A stretch of 64,000 nucleotides of DNA from an uncultured Chloroflexia bacterium (GCA_963749705.1 CAVVNQ010000018.1:1-64000); one strand, 5' to 3'. Numbered from the stretch's first letter, positions 35,849 to 48,252 are shown. The notes: a model not told the origin generated them from the sequence alone. Numbers and translations are program-made.

Positions 35849-37179
35849 CCTGCCACCGGATCGGTGCTCGGGGTGCGCTCGGTTCGCAGCGGGGATGCCC
35901 ACAGGATCACGACGCCCACGATCGCGATCAGCGGCGCGACGAACAGGGAGACGCGCAACCCGATCGTCGCGCCGATCACGCCGCCGAGCATCGTCGCGAC
36001 CAGCTGTGCCAGGACCGTGGCGACGTGGACCGTCGCGTTGACGCGGCCGAGCTGGCGAGCCGGTACACGGCCCTGCCGGAACGATGTCTCGCTGATCTCG
36101 TACGCCACGGCACCCGCGTCGCCGATCAGCTGCTGGCCCAGCAGGCAGCCGAGCGCAACGAGGGGCAGGCCGGCCGGCGCCAGCGGGGTGAGGAGGCTGC
36201 CGAGCGCCGCCAGCAGCAGCGACCCGACGGCGACCCGCCCGAGCCCGAATCGCCGCACGGACCGGTCCGCGGCCAGCGAGCCGGCCAGCGAGCCGATGCC
36301 GCCGGTGGCGGCGATGATCCCGATGGTCGCGGGGTTGAGGCCCAGCGTCTCGGTCACGAACAGCAGCCAGGTTGCCCCGGCCACCCCGTACATCGCCGCC
36401 AGTCCCATGGCGCTCGCGATCAGCGCCCGCAGCGACGGATCGCCGGCCACGACGCGCAGCCCGGCCCGGATCTCGTCGAGGATCGGCTCGCGGTCCGCGG
36501 TGGGCGGTGGCGGCGGCTCCGGACGCCGGACGGACAGCAGGAGCAACCCCGACACGAGGAACGTGACCGCGTCGATCGCGATGGCGATGGGGGCGGTCAG
36601 CGCCTGGATCAGGAAGCCGGCCACGCCGAACCCGGCGAACTCCGCCGTCGAGCTCGCCGCCGACAGGGCGCCGTTTGCCCGGACCAGATCGGCGCGATCC
36701 ACGATCGCGGGCAGATAGGCGTGGTCCGCGAGATCGAAGAAGGTCGTGAGGACGGCGCTCGCCGCCGCCACAACCAGGAGCTGCGCGAGGGTCAGCCAGC
36801 CGCCGTACGCCGCGATGGGGATGCTGCCCAGCAGCGCGGCGCGTCCGAGATCCGCCCAGATGAGCACCGGACGCCGGCGGAGCCGGTCCACCCAGGCACC
36901 GGCGGCGAACCCGACCAGCAGCGCGGACACCATGCCGAGACCGCGAATCGCCGCGATCTCGAGGGGACCGGCGTCGAGCACGAGGATTGCCGTGAACGGC
37001 AGCGCCAGGTTCGTGATCAGGCTGCCGAACACGGAGATCGCCCCCGCCGTCCAGACGCGGACGAATGCGCCGTTGCGCCACATGGACGGAGGGGCGCCCT
37101 TCGGCCGGCCTGCATCGTCCGGCAGGCTGCTCGAATCGTCGGGCAGGCTGCTCGAATCGGGCGCGGGATCGACAACCAT
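35845..37179 (-). CDS. MFS transporter (MFS_3/macrolide-efflux-like)
   Basis: About 12 TM, AGAWVDRLRRRPVLIWADLGRA; 21-nt duplication (DSSSLPD x2) near the N-terminus. Confidence 0.9.
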   Translation of the reverse strand: MVVDPAPDSSSLPDDSSSLPDDAGRPKGAPPSMWRNGAFVRVWTAGAISVFGSLITNLALPFTAILVLDAGPLEIAAIRGLGMVSALLVGFAAGAWVDRLRRRPVLIWADLGRAALLGSIPIAAYGGWLTLAQLLVVAAASAVLTTFFDLADHAYLPAIVDRADLVRANGALSAASSTAEFAGFGVAGFLIQALTAPIAIAIDAVTFLVSGLLLLSVRRPEPPPPPTADREPILDEIRAGLRVVAGDPSLRALIASAMGLAAMYGVAGATWLLFVTETLGLNPATIGIIAATGGIGSLAGSLAADRSVRRFGLGRVAVGSLLLAALGSLLTPLAPAGLPLVALGCLLGQQLIGDAGAVAYEISETSFRQGRVPARQLGRVNATVHVATVLAQLVATMLGGVIGATIGLRVSLFVAPLIAIVGVVILWASPLRTERTPSTDPVAG

Positions 37180-37336
37180 CGCGGGAGGGTAGTGGGGCCG
37201 GAGGACCCGCACAAGGGGGCAGACCCTGATGCCCGGGACGACGCCCGCGCTCGGTCGGCGGCGGGATCGGCACGGGTCCCGTTTCGAGCGCCGGCGCTAC
37301 ACTCCGGCGGATTCGAACGCCCGGGAGCACGATCCG

Positions 37337-38392
37337 GTGATCAATCTCGAGACGGTTCCCCTCGACCTCGAGCGCTGGGGTCTGTCCCCCGGCGACGCGA
37401 CGCGCGTGACCCACCTGGGCCGCGAGTGCCTGTGCTTCGCCGATGGCGTCCTGTCACCCGATGCCGCCGGCGTGGATCTCGAGGACGGCGTGCTGGAGGT
37501 GGACCTTCTGGTCCCGCGCGAGCGCTCGTTCCACGGCCTCCGGTGGCACGTCCGAGGGGAGGACTGCGAGTCGTTCTTCGTCCGGCCGCACCAGGCCGGC
37601 AACCCCGATGCGATCCAGTACACGCCGGTCAGCCACGGCATCTCCAGCTGGCAGCTCTACCACGGCCCAGGCTTCTGGGCCCCGATCACGTTCCCGATCG
37701 AGACGTGGTTCACGGTGCGGATCGTCGTTGCCGGTCCGCGCGCCGACGTGTACGTCGACGACCTCGCGAAGCCCGTCCTCGCCATCGGCCGGCTGCGGCA
37801 GCGCGTTCGATCGGGCGGGATCGGGTTGCAGGTGGGCGGTCCCGGGCTGCACGTGGCCCGCTTCGCGTTCTCGCGCGAACCACTCCCGCTGGTCGGGGCG
37901 CCCGTTCCCGAGCCGCCGGTCGATCCACGCGCCGTGGCCCGCTGGGACGTGTCCGACCCGTTCCCGGAATTGCTGGTCGCAGGTGCGCTGGAGCTGCCGG
38001 CGTCGGTCGTCTCGGATCGGACGTGGACGACTCTGGCCGCGGAGCCCGACGGGCTGGCTGACCTGGCCATGGTCAACGGGCTGCACGGCGACCGGAACAC
38101 GGTGCTCGCGCGGACCGTGGTCCGGTCCCACGCGGCCCGCGTCCGAACGCTCGAGGTCGGCTTCAGCGACCGCGCGGTCGTGTTCCTCAACGGCCGCGCG
38201 GTGTTCCGGGGTGACGACGCCTACCGGTCGCGCGACTACCGCTTCCTGGGCAGCATCGGCTACTGGTACACGCTCCACCTGCCGTTCGAGGCGGGCGACA
38301 ACGAGCTCTCGATCGCAGTCTCTGAGAATTTCGGCGGCTGGGGCGTCCAGACGCGCTTCACCGACGAGCCGGACAGCCGCGTTCCGGCCTGA
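37337..38392 (+). CDS. Hypothetical protein (probable ConA-like/DUF1080-type domain plus beta-sandwich)
   Basis: Coding-like, aromatic and beta-strand rich; GFSDRAVVFLNG...GDNEL...ENFGGWG. Family assignment is by resemblance only. Confidence 0.6.
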   Translation: MINLETVPLDLERWGLSPGDATRVTHLGRECLCFADGVLSPDAAGVDLEDGVLEVDLLVPRERSFHGLRWHVRGEDCESFFVRPHQAGNPDAIQYTPVSHGISSWQLYHGPGFWAPITFPIETWFTVRIVVAGPRADVYVDDLAKPVLAIGRLRQRVRSGGIGLQVGGPGLHVARFAFSREPLPLVGAPVPEPPVDPRAVARWDVSDPFPELLVAGALELPASVVSDRTWTTLAAEPDGLADLAMVNGLHGDRNTVLARTVVRSHAARVRTLEVGFSDRAVVFLNGRAVFRGDDAYRSRDYRFLGSIGYWYTLHLPFEAGDNELSIAVSENFGGWGVQTRFTDEPDSRVPA

Positions 38393-38419
38393 CCCCGCAG
38401 GATGTGTGACTGAGAACCG

Positions 38420-39757
38420 TCACGCCGGCTCAGCGGGAGCGGGGGTCGACTCCGGTCCCTGCCCGGACGGGCTCGGGCTCGCGGCTGCTCGGCGGTCCTC
38501 GCGTGACTCGAACCCCTCGGCCAGCGACGCGTCGAGGAGACGGATCTGACGCCGGACCGGCTCGGCCCTGGACGCAGGTGCGACCTCGACGAGGTCGAGC
38601 AGCAGGTATCGCAGCCGGCGAGCCACCTGGAACGAGCCGACCCCATAGTGGCGGATCTCGTCGAGCGCAAGCGACACATAGTCCGCCCAATCGGGCCGCG
38701 GCAGATGCAGGAGCATCGCGCCGTCGTCCGACAGCCGGACGGCTGACGGAAGGTCCCGCGTTGCCAGCCGGCGCAGCAGGTCGTGGAGCTCGTCGAGGGC
38801 CTGGACTGCCGTGGTCGGATCGTTCACGCCCGGCGAGAGCGCTCGTTCCCCGATGTCCACGATCTGGCGGAACCCGAACGCCGCGTCCTGGGTCATCGTG
38901 CGCTCGAGCCCGGTGTGGATGGTCGCGGCCAGCGCCCCGGCGATCCCGTCATCGAGGTCGTCACCTGCGGCCCAGACGTGGAGCAATGTCGCACCCTGCG
39001 GCACGAAGTCGCCCACCATGTGGGGCAGCTCGATCGTGAGCCCGTTGTCGGTCGCAAGCCGGACCAGCGTCCCGTCGTCCACCGCGGTGATCACCCCGGG
39101 CGCACGCGCAAGTCGGATCACGAGGTCCGGCGGTCGGTCGGGCGTGGTGGGCGCGGATCGTTCCGGCTCCTCCGCGATCCCCTCCGGGTACAGGCGTCGG
39201 ATCGCATCGCGCGTCTCGTCACCAACGCTGCGCAGGACCGTCGCGGCGCGGATTGATTGGGCGACGTGGTGGATGTACAGGATGAAGAACGCCACGCTCG
39301 CGATCAGCAGCCCATACGCGAACGTGACCGAGATCGCGGGCACGAACGCTGCCGATCCCGTCGGCGAACGGACCTCGCGCAACACCAGCAGGGCGTACAG
39401 GAAGGTGGCGATGAACAGCCCGAGCACCGCCTGGTTCAGGCGGTCGCGGAGGAAGGTGCGCATGACGCGAGGCGACAGCTGGCTGCTCGCGAGCTGGAGC
39501 ACCAGCATCGTGATCGAGTACACGACGCCGGTGAACGTGAGCATCGCGGTCGCGATGGTCGCGAGGACCGAGCGGGCGCTGTCCGGGCCACCGGCGAACA
39601 GGATGCCGCTGAGGTCGCGGGCGACCGACTGATCCAGCACCCGGTCGAGCTGGATGAGGATCAGCGCCAGCAACAGCGCGCCGATCATGAACACGCCCGG
39701 GATGAACCACAGCCGCGTTCGCAGCCAGTCGAGGAACGCGGCCAACCTGACGGGCAC
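38420..39757 (-). CDS. DUF2254 family membrane protein
   Basis: [39 protein letters not shown]; start approximate. Confidence 0.88.
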   Translation of the reverse strand: MPVRLAAFLDWLRTRLWFIPGVFMIGALLLALILIQLDRVLDQSVARDLSGILFAGGPDSARSVLATIATAMLTFTGVVYSITMLVLQLASSQLSPRVMRTFLRDRLNQAVLGLFIATFLYALLVLREVRSPTGSAAFVPAISVTFAYGLLIASVAFFILYIHHVAQSIRAATVLRSVGDETRDAIRRLYPEGIAEEPERSAPTTPDRPPDLVIRLARAPGVITAVDDGTLVRLATDNGLTIELPHMVGDFVPQGATLLHVWAAGDDLDDGIAGALAATIHTGLERTMTQDAAFGFRQIVDIGERALSPGVNDPTTAVQALDELHDLLRRLATRDLPSAVRLSDDGAMLLHLPRPDWADYVSLALDEIRHYGVGSFQVARRLRYLLLDLVEVAPASRAEPVRRQIRLLDASLAEGFESREDRRAAASPSPSGQGPESTPAPAEPA

Positions 39758-39900
39758 CCTTCGCACCTCGCTCGCACCGCCGTCGGCGTCGGGCGTGGCG
39801 CTCGATGCGGCGGGACGATGGTGACGGGTCGGGCCCCGGGTCCGCAAGCACGCCACGTCGCCCCGGGACGCCGCGCACCGTCCCGGTACACTCCCGCATC

Positions 39901-41712
<1,812 letters not shown>

Positions 41713-41745
41713 TCCGCCTCGCCTGGGCGGGCTGACCTCCGCCTG

Positions 41746-42549
41746 ATGCCGGACCTCGGATCGCTCCCCCTGCTCTCGAGCCTGCCCGACGTTCCGCAGC
41801 CGCTGCTGGTCCTCATGGCGGCCGGGCTGACCTGCCTGCTGGTGATCCTGCGGTTCGACGCGGAGCGGTTCAACGCGGCCGAATACGACGATGCGGACCG
41901 CTGGGGGAACCCGCCGTCGATGTCCAGGCGCCTCGCCTGGTATGCCCTCGGGATCGGCGGGATCATCCTCGTCGGCCAGGTCCACCCGAGCCCGGCGGGC
42001 GACCTGTTCCTCGGACTGGGCGACCGTCTCGGAGCGGTGATCCTGGGGCTGACCGCTGGCACGGTGGGCACCGGCATCGCGCTGGGGATCGCGTTCTACC
42101 GCTATCGCTACCTGCGCTTCCCGCCGATCGAGTCATACCCTGGGGCCGTGCTCAACGCTCTGGCCACGGCGTTCGTGGACGAGGCGGTGTTCCGCGGTCT
42201 GGTGTTCGGGTTCCTGGTCGTCGTCGGCACTGACCCGACGATGGCGAACATCGCCCAGGCGCTGCTGTACGGCCTCGCGACACGCCTCGGAGCCCCGGGC
42301 CGGCCGCTGTACATGCTGCTCACGGCGATCGTGATCGGGCTCGCCGGGGGCTGGCTGACCGGCGTGACCGGCGGCATCGGCGCGGCGTTCCTGGGCCACG
42401 CGATCACCCGGATCGCGATCTTCCTGGCGACCGGCCACGCCGGCCTGCCCAAGGCCCGCGGGACCGAGATCGAGGAGGTCGCCAGGCGGCAGCGGCCGCC
42501 CGAGGGCTGGCGGGTGCTGGGTCCCCGCGAGACGTCACGACGTCGCTGA
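41746..42549 (+). CDS. CPBP/Abi (CAAX protease-like) family membrane protein with degenerate motifs
   Basis: FVDEAVFRG (EExxxR-like), LYGLAT in place of FxxxH, GHAITR in place of HxxxN. Confidence 0.7.
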   Translation: MPDLGSLPLLSSLPDVPQPLLVLMAAGLTCLLVILRFDAERFNAAEYDDADRWGNPPSMSRRLAWYALGIGGIILVGQVHPSPAGDLFLGLGDRLGAVILGLTAGTVGTGIALGIAFYRYRYLRFPPIESYPGAVLNALATAFVDEAVFRGLVFGFLVVVGTDPTMANIAQALLYGLATRLGAPGRPLYMLLTAIVIGLAGGWLTGVTGGIGAAFLGHAITRIAIFLATGHAGLPKARGTEIEEVARRQRPPEGWRVLGPRETSRRR

Positions 42550-43814
42550 GCACCGGCCCCGCGCCGGCGAGCGCGCGATCGCCGGCCGGGCAGCCGCCCG
42601 TCGCGCTGTATGTCCACGTCCCGTTCTGCGTGGCGCTGTGCCCGTACTGCGACTTCGTCGTCTATGCCGGCTCGGCCGCGCGTGGGCCGGGCGCCAGGAT
42701 CGGGGCCTTCGTCGAGGCGCTGACCGCAGAGATCGCGCTCCGTGCCGGTGCGCTGGACGCGCAGTTCGGCAGGCCCGGGCGGCCGGGCAGGCCCCCGCTC
42801 GAGACCGTCTACCTGGGCGGCGGGACGCCGACGCTGCTGCCGACGGCGACCATCGCCCGGCTGCTGGACCAGGTGCGGGCGCGCTTCGGGATCGCTGCCG
42901 GCGCCGAGGTCACGATCGAAGGCAATCCCGGGGCCGATGAGCGCAACGACGCCCGGGCGCTGGTCGCCGCCGGGATCACGCGGCTGTCGCTGGGAGCGCA
43001 GTCGTTCGACGACGGCCTGCTCCGGCGGCTGGGGCGCCGCCACCAGGCATCGGACGTCCGCGATGCCGTCGCCGACGCGCGAGCGGCAGGGTTCGGGTCC
43101 GTGTCGATCGACCTGTTGTACGACGTGCCGGGTCAGTCGGTTGCCGGGTGGGCGGCGACGCTGGACGCCGCCATCGGGCTGGCGCCCGATCACGTCTCCG
43201 CGTATGCGCTGACCCTCGACGACCCGGACGCGGAGGGCCTGACGGGGCCGTCGGGCGACCACCTGCCGACGCGGCCCGGCGCGCGCCGCTGGCGCGAGAG
43301 GGCGATCCGGGACCAGGACGAGGACCGCGCGGCGGCGCAGTACGGGCTCGCCGTCGAGCGTCTCGGCGCCGCCGGCTATCGCGGCTACGAGATCTCGAAC
43401 TGGGCGCAACCGGGCCACGAGAGCCGGCACAACCTCGCCTACTGGCATCGCCGCTCGTACGAGGCGGTCGGGCCCGGCGCGCACGCCTTCGACGGCCGGA
43501 CGCGGCGATGGAACGCGGCCCGCCTCGACGGCTACGTGCATGCGCTTGCCCCCCAGGAAGGCGGCCGCCCGGCACCTCCGCCGGGCGGGACGGAGGTCAT
43601 CGACGCCGAGGCTGCGGCGATGGAGGCCGTGATCCTCGGACTGCGGCTCGATACCGGGCTGGCCCTCGAGGACGCGATGGCCGGACCGCTCGCGCCGCAC
43701 CTCGAATGGGCAACAGCGGCGGGCCTGCTCGAGACGGCCGGCGGAGCGCCACGGATCCACCTCACGACGCGCGGGCGGCTGCTGTCCAACGAGCTGTTCC
43801 TGCGCCTTGCCTGA
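42546..43814 (+). CDS. hemW: Radical SAM heme chaperone HemW (HemN-like)
   Basis: LYVHVPFCVALCPYCDF, YLGGGTPT, YEISNWA, SRHNLAYW. The motif starts before the first canonical start (42630), so the start is placed at CTG 42546. Confidence 0.9.
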   Translation: MSTGPAPASARSPAGQPPVALYVHVPFCVALCPYCDFVVYAGSAARGPGARIGAFVEALTAEIALRAGALDAQFGRPGRPGRPPLETVYLGGGTPTLLPTATIARLLDQVRARFGIAAGAEVTIEGNPGADERNDARALVAAGITRLSLGAQSFDDGLLRRLGRRHQASDVRDAVADARAAGFGSVSIDLLYDVPGQSVAGWAATLDAAIGLAPDHVSAYALTLDDPDAEGLTGPSGDHLPTRPGARRWRERAIRDQDEDRAAAQYGLAVERLGAAGYRGYEISNWAQPGHESRHNLAYWHRRSYEAVGPGAHAFDGRTRRWNAARLDGYVHALAPQEGGRPAPPPGGTEVIDAEAAAMEAVILGLRLDTGLALEDAMAGPLAPHLEWATAAGLLETAGGAPRIHLTTRGRLLSNELFLRLA

Positions 43815-43946
43815 CGCCCGATCGGCCGCTTCCGGGTGCTGTCGGGCATGCAGGCAGGCTTGAAATCGCGGCGCATAATGGCGCGGAACGCAGCGTCCCT
43901 GCGCTCACCGGAGCGCCGTTCCGGGGAGTCACCGGCTGGGGGTCAG

Positions 43947-46004
43947 GTGGGGAATAGCTCGCATCGCGCGCCCGAGGCCACCCGCGACTCGCAGATCAAC
44001 GTGATCCTCGTCGAGGATCGTCCCATCGATGCCGAGCTCGTCGTGCTCGAGCTGGAGCGTGAGGGGCTCTCCCCGGAGTGGGTCCGGGTCCAGTCCGCGA
44101 CCGCGTTGATCGATGCGCTCGACACGCCCGTCGATCTCGTGCTGTCGGACTGGAGCATGCCGGGGTTTACGGGTCTCGATGCGCTCGAGATCGTCCGGTC
44201 GCATGCCGGCGATCTCCCGTTCATCCTCGTGTCCGGGAGCATCGGCGAGGAAGCCGCCATCGACGCCCTCCATCGCGGTGCCGACGACTACATCTTCAAG
44301 GACCGGATGGGGCGCCTCGGGCCAGCCGTCCGCCGGGCACTCCGCGGCCGTGAGGAGCGAGCGACGCACCACCGCATCGATCTCGAATGGCGGCGGCTGT
44401 CCGAGGCGATCGAGCAGGCGCACGACGCCGTGGTCATCACCGACACCGAGCCACAGATCCTGTACGTGAACCCTGCGTTCGAGCGGATCACCGGGTACAC
44501 CCGGGAAGAGGCGGTCGGCCAGAACCCGAGGATCGTGCAAAGCGGATCCCACCCACCGTCCTTCTACCAGGCGATGTGGGCGACCCTCACCTCGGGGGAG
44601 TCATGGGTCGCCGAGTTCACCAACCGGCGCAAGGACGGCTCCCTGTACTACATGCGCTCGAACATCTCGCCGATCCGCGGCGAGGACGGCTCGATCGCGA
44701 GCTTCGTGTCGGTCGCCCATGACGTCACGCACGAGCGCGAGCTCGAGGCCGATGCCACCAGGCTCGCACGCGAACGGGCGCTGATCCGGGACACCCTCGC
44801 ACGGCTCCCCGCGGCGGGATCGGCCGAGGCGAGGGCGGAGGGGATATGCCGCCAGGTCGTCAGCCTGTCGGGCCTGGTGGCGGTCGCGGTGGTCCTGTTC
44901 GACCACGAGGGGCTCGCGACACCCATCGCAATGGTCACCGCGGACGGGGAAGCCCAGAGCGCGCAGCGGCTGAACCGCACGCGCAGCCAGCATCTGCGGG
45001 CTCGCGCCCTCGAGGGGCCCTGGGTCGAGGCGTTCTCGGCAGGGATGACGGAGCCGTACGGTGCGGTCCACGCGAGGCTCGGCACGACGGCGCTCGCCGA
45101 GGTCCCCATCCGCCATGCGGGCGCGCTCGTCGGCATGCTGGCGGCCTTTGCCCCCGGGCCGGATTCAGTGGCGCTGCTCACCGAGACCCTGCCCGCGCTT
45201 GCCGACTTTGCCGGCCTGTCGGGGATCCTCGTCGGCCCGGCGATCGCCGAGCGGACCTCGGTGGGTCGTGTCCGCGGACGGATCACCGCGATCATCGACG
45301 AAGGAGCGTTCCACCCGGTCTTCCAGCCGATCGTGGATCTCGCCACGCACGACATCGTCGGCTTCGAGGCGCTCACCCGGTTCGATTCGGGCGAGCGACC
45401 CGACCTGGTGTTCGCGGAGGCCTGGTCCGCGAGTCTTGGCCCCGACCTCGAGATCGCGACGCTGCGTGCCGCTGTCGAGGCTTCGATGGCGCTCCCTCCG
45501 GGACGCTGGCTGAGCGTGAACCTGTCACCCGGCCTGCTCGCCGCGCGCCCGGACGTCGGGCACCTCCTGGCTGCCGCGGGGCGGCCGATCGTCGCCGAGA
45601 TCACCGAGCACGAGGTCGTCCCGGACTACGACCGGCTGCGGGCCGCCGTGCAGGGGATTGGGCCCGGCACCCGGCTCGCGGTCGACGACGCCGGAGCGGG
45701 GGTGGCCAACTTCGCCCACATCCTCGGCCTGCGAGCCCAATTCGTGAAGCTCGACATCGGGCTCGTCCGCGACATCAACCGGGACGTCGGCCGCCAGGCG
45801 CTGATGGTGGGCATGCAGCACTTCGCGCGCGCCTCCGGCTGCCGGCTGATCGCCGAGGGCATCGAGACGCAGGCCGAGGCCGACACGGTGACCGCGCTCG
45901 GCGCCGAGTTCGGGCAGGGCTACCTGTTCGGGCGCCCGGAGGCGATCGGGGCTCGGTCCGCCGACACGAGTGGTGAGGTCAAGGGAGCGTCGGACCCGGA
46001 TTGA
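43947..46004 (+). CDS. REC-PAS-GAF-EAL c-di-GMP phosphodiesterase
   Basis: LVLSDWSMPG receiver; YVNPAFERITGY...NRRKDGS PAS; GFEALTRF, EITE, AVDDAG, VKLD, AEGIE, GQGY. Start uncertain. Confidence 0.88.
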   Translation: MGNSSHRAPEATRDSQINVILVEDRPIDAELVVLELEREGLSPEWVRVQSATALIDALDTPVDLVLSDWSMPGFTGLDALEIVRSHAGDLPFILVSGSIGEEAAIDALHRGADDYIFKDRMGRLGPAVRRALRGREERATHHRIDLEWRRLSEAIEQAHDAVVITDTEPQILYVNPAFERITGYTREEAVGQNPRIVQSGSHPPSFYQAMWATLTSGESWVAEFTNRRKDGSLYYMRSNISPIRGEDGSIASFVSVAHDVTHERELEADATRLARERALIRDTLARLPAAGSAEARAEGICRQVVSLSGLVAVAVVLFDHEGLATPIAMVTADGEAQSAQRLNRTRSQHLRARALEGPWVEAFSAGMTEPYGAVHARLGTTALAEVPIRHAGALVGMLAAFAPGPDSVALLTETLPALADFAGLSGILVGPAIAERTSVGRVRGRITAIIDEGAFHPVFQPIVDLATHDIVGFEALTRFDSGERPDLVFAEAWSASLGPDLEIATLRAAVEASMALPPGRWLSVNLSPGLLAARPDVGHLLAAAGRPIVAEITEHEVVPDYDRLRAAVQGIGPGTRLAVDDAGAGVANFAHILGLRAQFVKLDIGLVRDINRDVGRQALMVGMQHFARASGCRLIAEGIETQAEADTVTALGAEFGQGYLFGRPEAIGARSADTSGEVKGASDPD

Positions 46005-46029
46005 GCGTGGGCGGCGCCAGGTGCGGCCG

Positions 46030-48252
46030 TCAGGACGCCCGGTCCGTGGCGGCCGGCAGCTGCACGATGAACCGGCTCCCGGAGCCCGGCGTCGAGTCCA
46101 CGCAGACCTCTCCGCCCATCATGCGGGCGGCCTTGCGTACGATCGCGAGCCCGATCCCGGTCCCCGGATACTCCTCGTCCGAGTGGAGCCGGGTGAACAC
46201 GTCGAAGATGCTCGCCTGGTGCTCGGCGTCGATCCCGATGCCGTTGTCCTCGACGCTCAGCGTGACCTGGCCGTCGACCTCGGCGCTGGAGATCGCGACC
46301 CGGGGGCTGATGCCCTCCCGGCGATAGGTGAGCGCGTTGGACACGAGGTTGAGCAGCACCTGCTCGACCAGGAGCGGATCTCCGAGCGGCGTCGCAGCGA
46401 GGTCGTCGGCCTGGAGGCGAGCATCAGGATCCGCGAGCTGCGGTTCGAACGTGCGGCGCAGGCGCGCCACCAGCGGTTCGAGCGCAACCGGTTCCGCGCG
46501 AACCGCGCGACGGCCGAGCCGCGAGTACCTGAGCAGGTCCTCGATCAGCTGTTCCATGTGGCCGCTGGACACGACGATGTTATCGAGGTAGTGACGGCCC
46601 TCATCGTCGAGCGAACCCGCGTGCCTGGTTGCGAGGATCTGCGAGAAGCTCGACATCGCGCGCAGCGGCGCGCGAAGGTCGTGCGACACGGAGTACGCGA
46701 AGGCCTCGAGCTCCCGGTTGGCGTCGACGAGCTCCGCCGTCCTGTCCCTGACCCGCTCCTCGAGCTCCTCGGTGAGCAAGCGCAGGGCTGCCTCCGCACG
46801 CTTGCGCTGGGTGATGTCGCGCAGGATGAAGTGGATCGAGACGCCGCCCCGATCCGCGAACGGCGATGCCGCGACCTCGACGTCCACGATGGAGCCGTCG
46901 CTGATCCGCGCGATTCGCTGCTCGACCAGGGGCGCACCGGTCAGCGTGCGCTCCAGCGTGCGGATCCGGGTCCGGACAGCCCTCTGATCGGCCCGATCGA
47001 ACAGTTGGTACGGGCTCTTGCCGATCAGGTCTCGCTCGTGCAACGCACCGAACAGGGCGACTGCCGCGTCGTTGGCAAGAACGATCCGGTCACCGCGGCC
47101 GACGAGGATGGCATCGGGCGCGTGGCGCAGCAGCCCCAGGTACCGGTCTGCCGCCTCGCTGACCTCCCGATCCTTCTCCTTCAGGTCCTCGACGACGTGG
47201 ACCAGCGCCTGCCGGGACGACGACGCCTGTTCGAGGAGCACGGCCATGGTCGCCTGCGCCTCGCGCGCCTCCTCACGCGCCTGCCGCAGCGCGGTGACGT
47301 CGGTGTGCGTGCCGAGCATTCGCAGCGGAGCGCCGCGAGCGTCCCATTCGGCGATCTCACCCGACGACAGGATCCACATCCAGCCCCCGGCGGCCGTTCT
47401 CAGGCGGAACTCGATCCGGTAGTCCGGTCGCCGGCCGGCGATGTAGCCCGCGAAGGCGCCCTCGACGCGCTCGCGGTCGTCGGGATGGAGCCGTTCCAGC
47501 CAGGTGTCGTGCGTCTCGTGGAACGCGGACGGCTCGTAGCCGAGCATCCTCGCGTACTGGTCGTTGACGGTTGCCTGGCCCGTCTGGACGTTGACGTCGT
47601 ACAGGCCCTGGTCGGCAGCCTCGAGGCCCAGTCGCAGCCGTTCTTCGCGAACGCGCACCGCCGCGTCGGCTCGCTCCCGCCGCAGCCGGTTGACCATGAG
47701 GCCGCCCAGGGCGGCCGTCGCCACCGGGTTGATCAGGATGACGGGAAGGCTGATGGCACCCAGCACCTTCCATGCCGTGTCCCCGGGCAGGGTCAGCATG
47801 AGCAGGAGCATCACGGCGTGGACCACCAGGCCCAGCGCGTAGAGCTCCCTGAGCGACATCGATTCGAGGGACTCGTGCCGCAGCCTGCGCCACGTGACGC
47901 CGATCAGCCCCGATGCGAGGATGACGGCTGCCCCGGCGCCTGCGGCCACGCCACCCTGGGACAGGCGGAATGCCGCCGTCATCACGATCGCCACGGCGGT
48001 GGGGATCGGTCCGAACACGAGGCCTGCGATCGCAAGCAGCACCGAACGGGTGTCGAGGACGACGCCCGGCTCGAACACCCATGGGGTGAGCATGATCAAG
48101 ATCCCGATCGACCCGATCAGGACGCCCATGACGGGACGTGCCAGGGCCGCCTTTCGCAGCGGCCAATGCGCGCTCGCCAGGTCGTAGATGAGGGCGATGC
48201 TCAGCAGCAGGGCCGCATTCTGGAGCAGCGGCAGGAACCCGAGGTCAGCCAT
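46030..48252 (-). CDS. Sensor histidine kinase: 5TM-5TMR_LYT, PAS, PAS, HisKA, HATPase
   Basis: GVVLDTRSV membrane sensor; YSVSHDLRAPLR; NLVSNA; DNGIGI; GTGIGL. Confidence 0.92.
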   Translation of the reverse strand: MADLGFLPLLQNAALLLSIALIYDLASAHWPLRKAALARPVMGVLIGSIGILIMLTPWVFEPGVVLDTRSVLLAIAGLVFGPIPTAVAIVMTAAFRLSQGGVAAGAGAAVILASGLIGVTWRRLRHESLESMSLRELYALGLVVHAVMLLLMLTLPGDTAWKVLGAISLPVILINPVATAALGGLMVNRLRRERADAAVRVREERLRLGLEAADQGLYDVNVQTGQATVNDQYARMLGYEPSAFHETHDTWLERLHPDDRERVEGAFAGYIAGRRPDYRIEFRLRTAAGGWMWILSSGEIAEWDARGAPLRMLGTHTDVTALRQAREEAREAQATMAVLLEQASSSRQALVHVVEDLKEKDREVSEAADRYLGLLRHAPDAILVGRGDRIVLANDAAVALFGALHERDLIGKSPYQLFDRADQRAVRTRIRTLERTLTGAPLVEQRIARISDGSIVDVEVAASPFADRGGVSIHFILRDITQRKRAEAALRLLTEELEERVRDRTAELVDANRELEAFAYSVSHDLRAPLRAMSSFSQILATRHAGSLDDEGRHYLDNIVVSSGHMEQLIEDLLRYSRLGRRAVRAEPVALEPLVARLRRTFEPQLADPDARLQADDLAATPLGDPLLVEQVLLNLVSNALTYRREGISPRVAISSAEVDGQVTLSVEDNGIGIDAEHQASIFDVFTRLHSDEEYPGTGIGLAIVRKAARMMGGEVCVDSTPGSGSRFIVQLPAATDRAS

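Noticed and set aside
34589-37414. 941-aa MFS-Eis fusion ORF
   Set aside because: The upstream part is off-frame to the MFS gene; Eis starts at ATG 35848.
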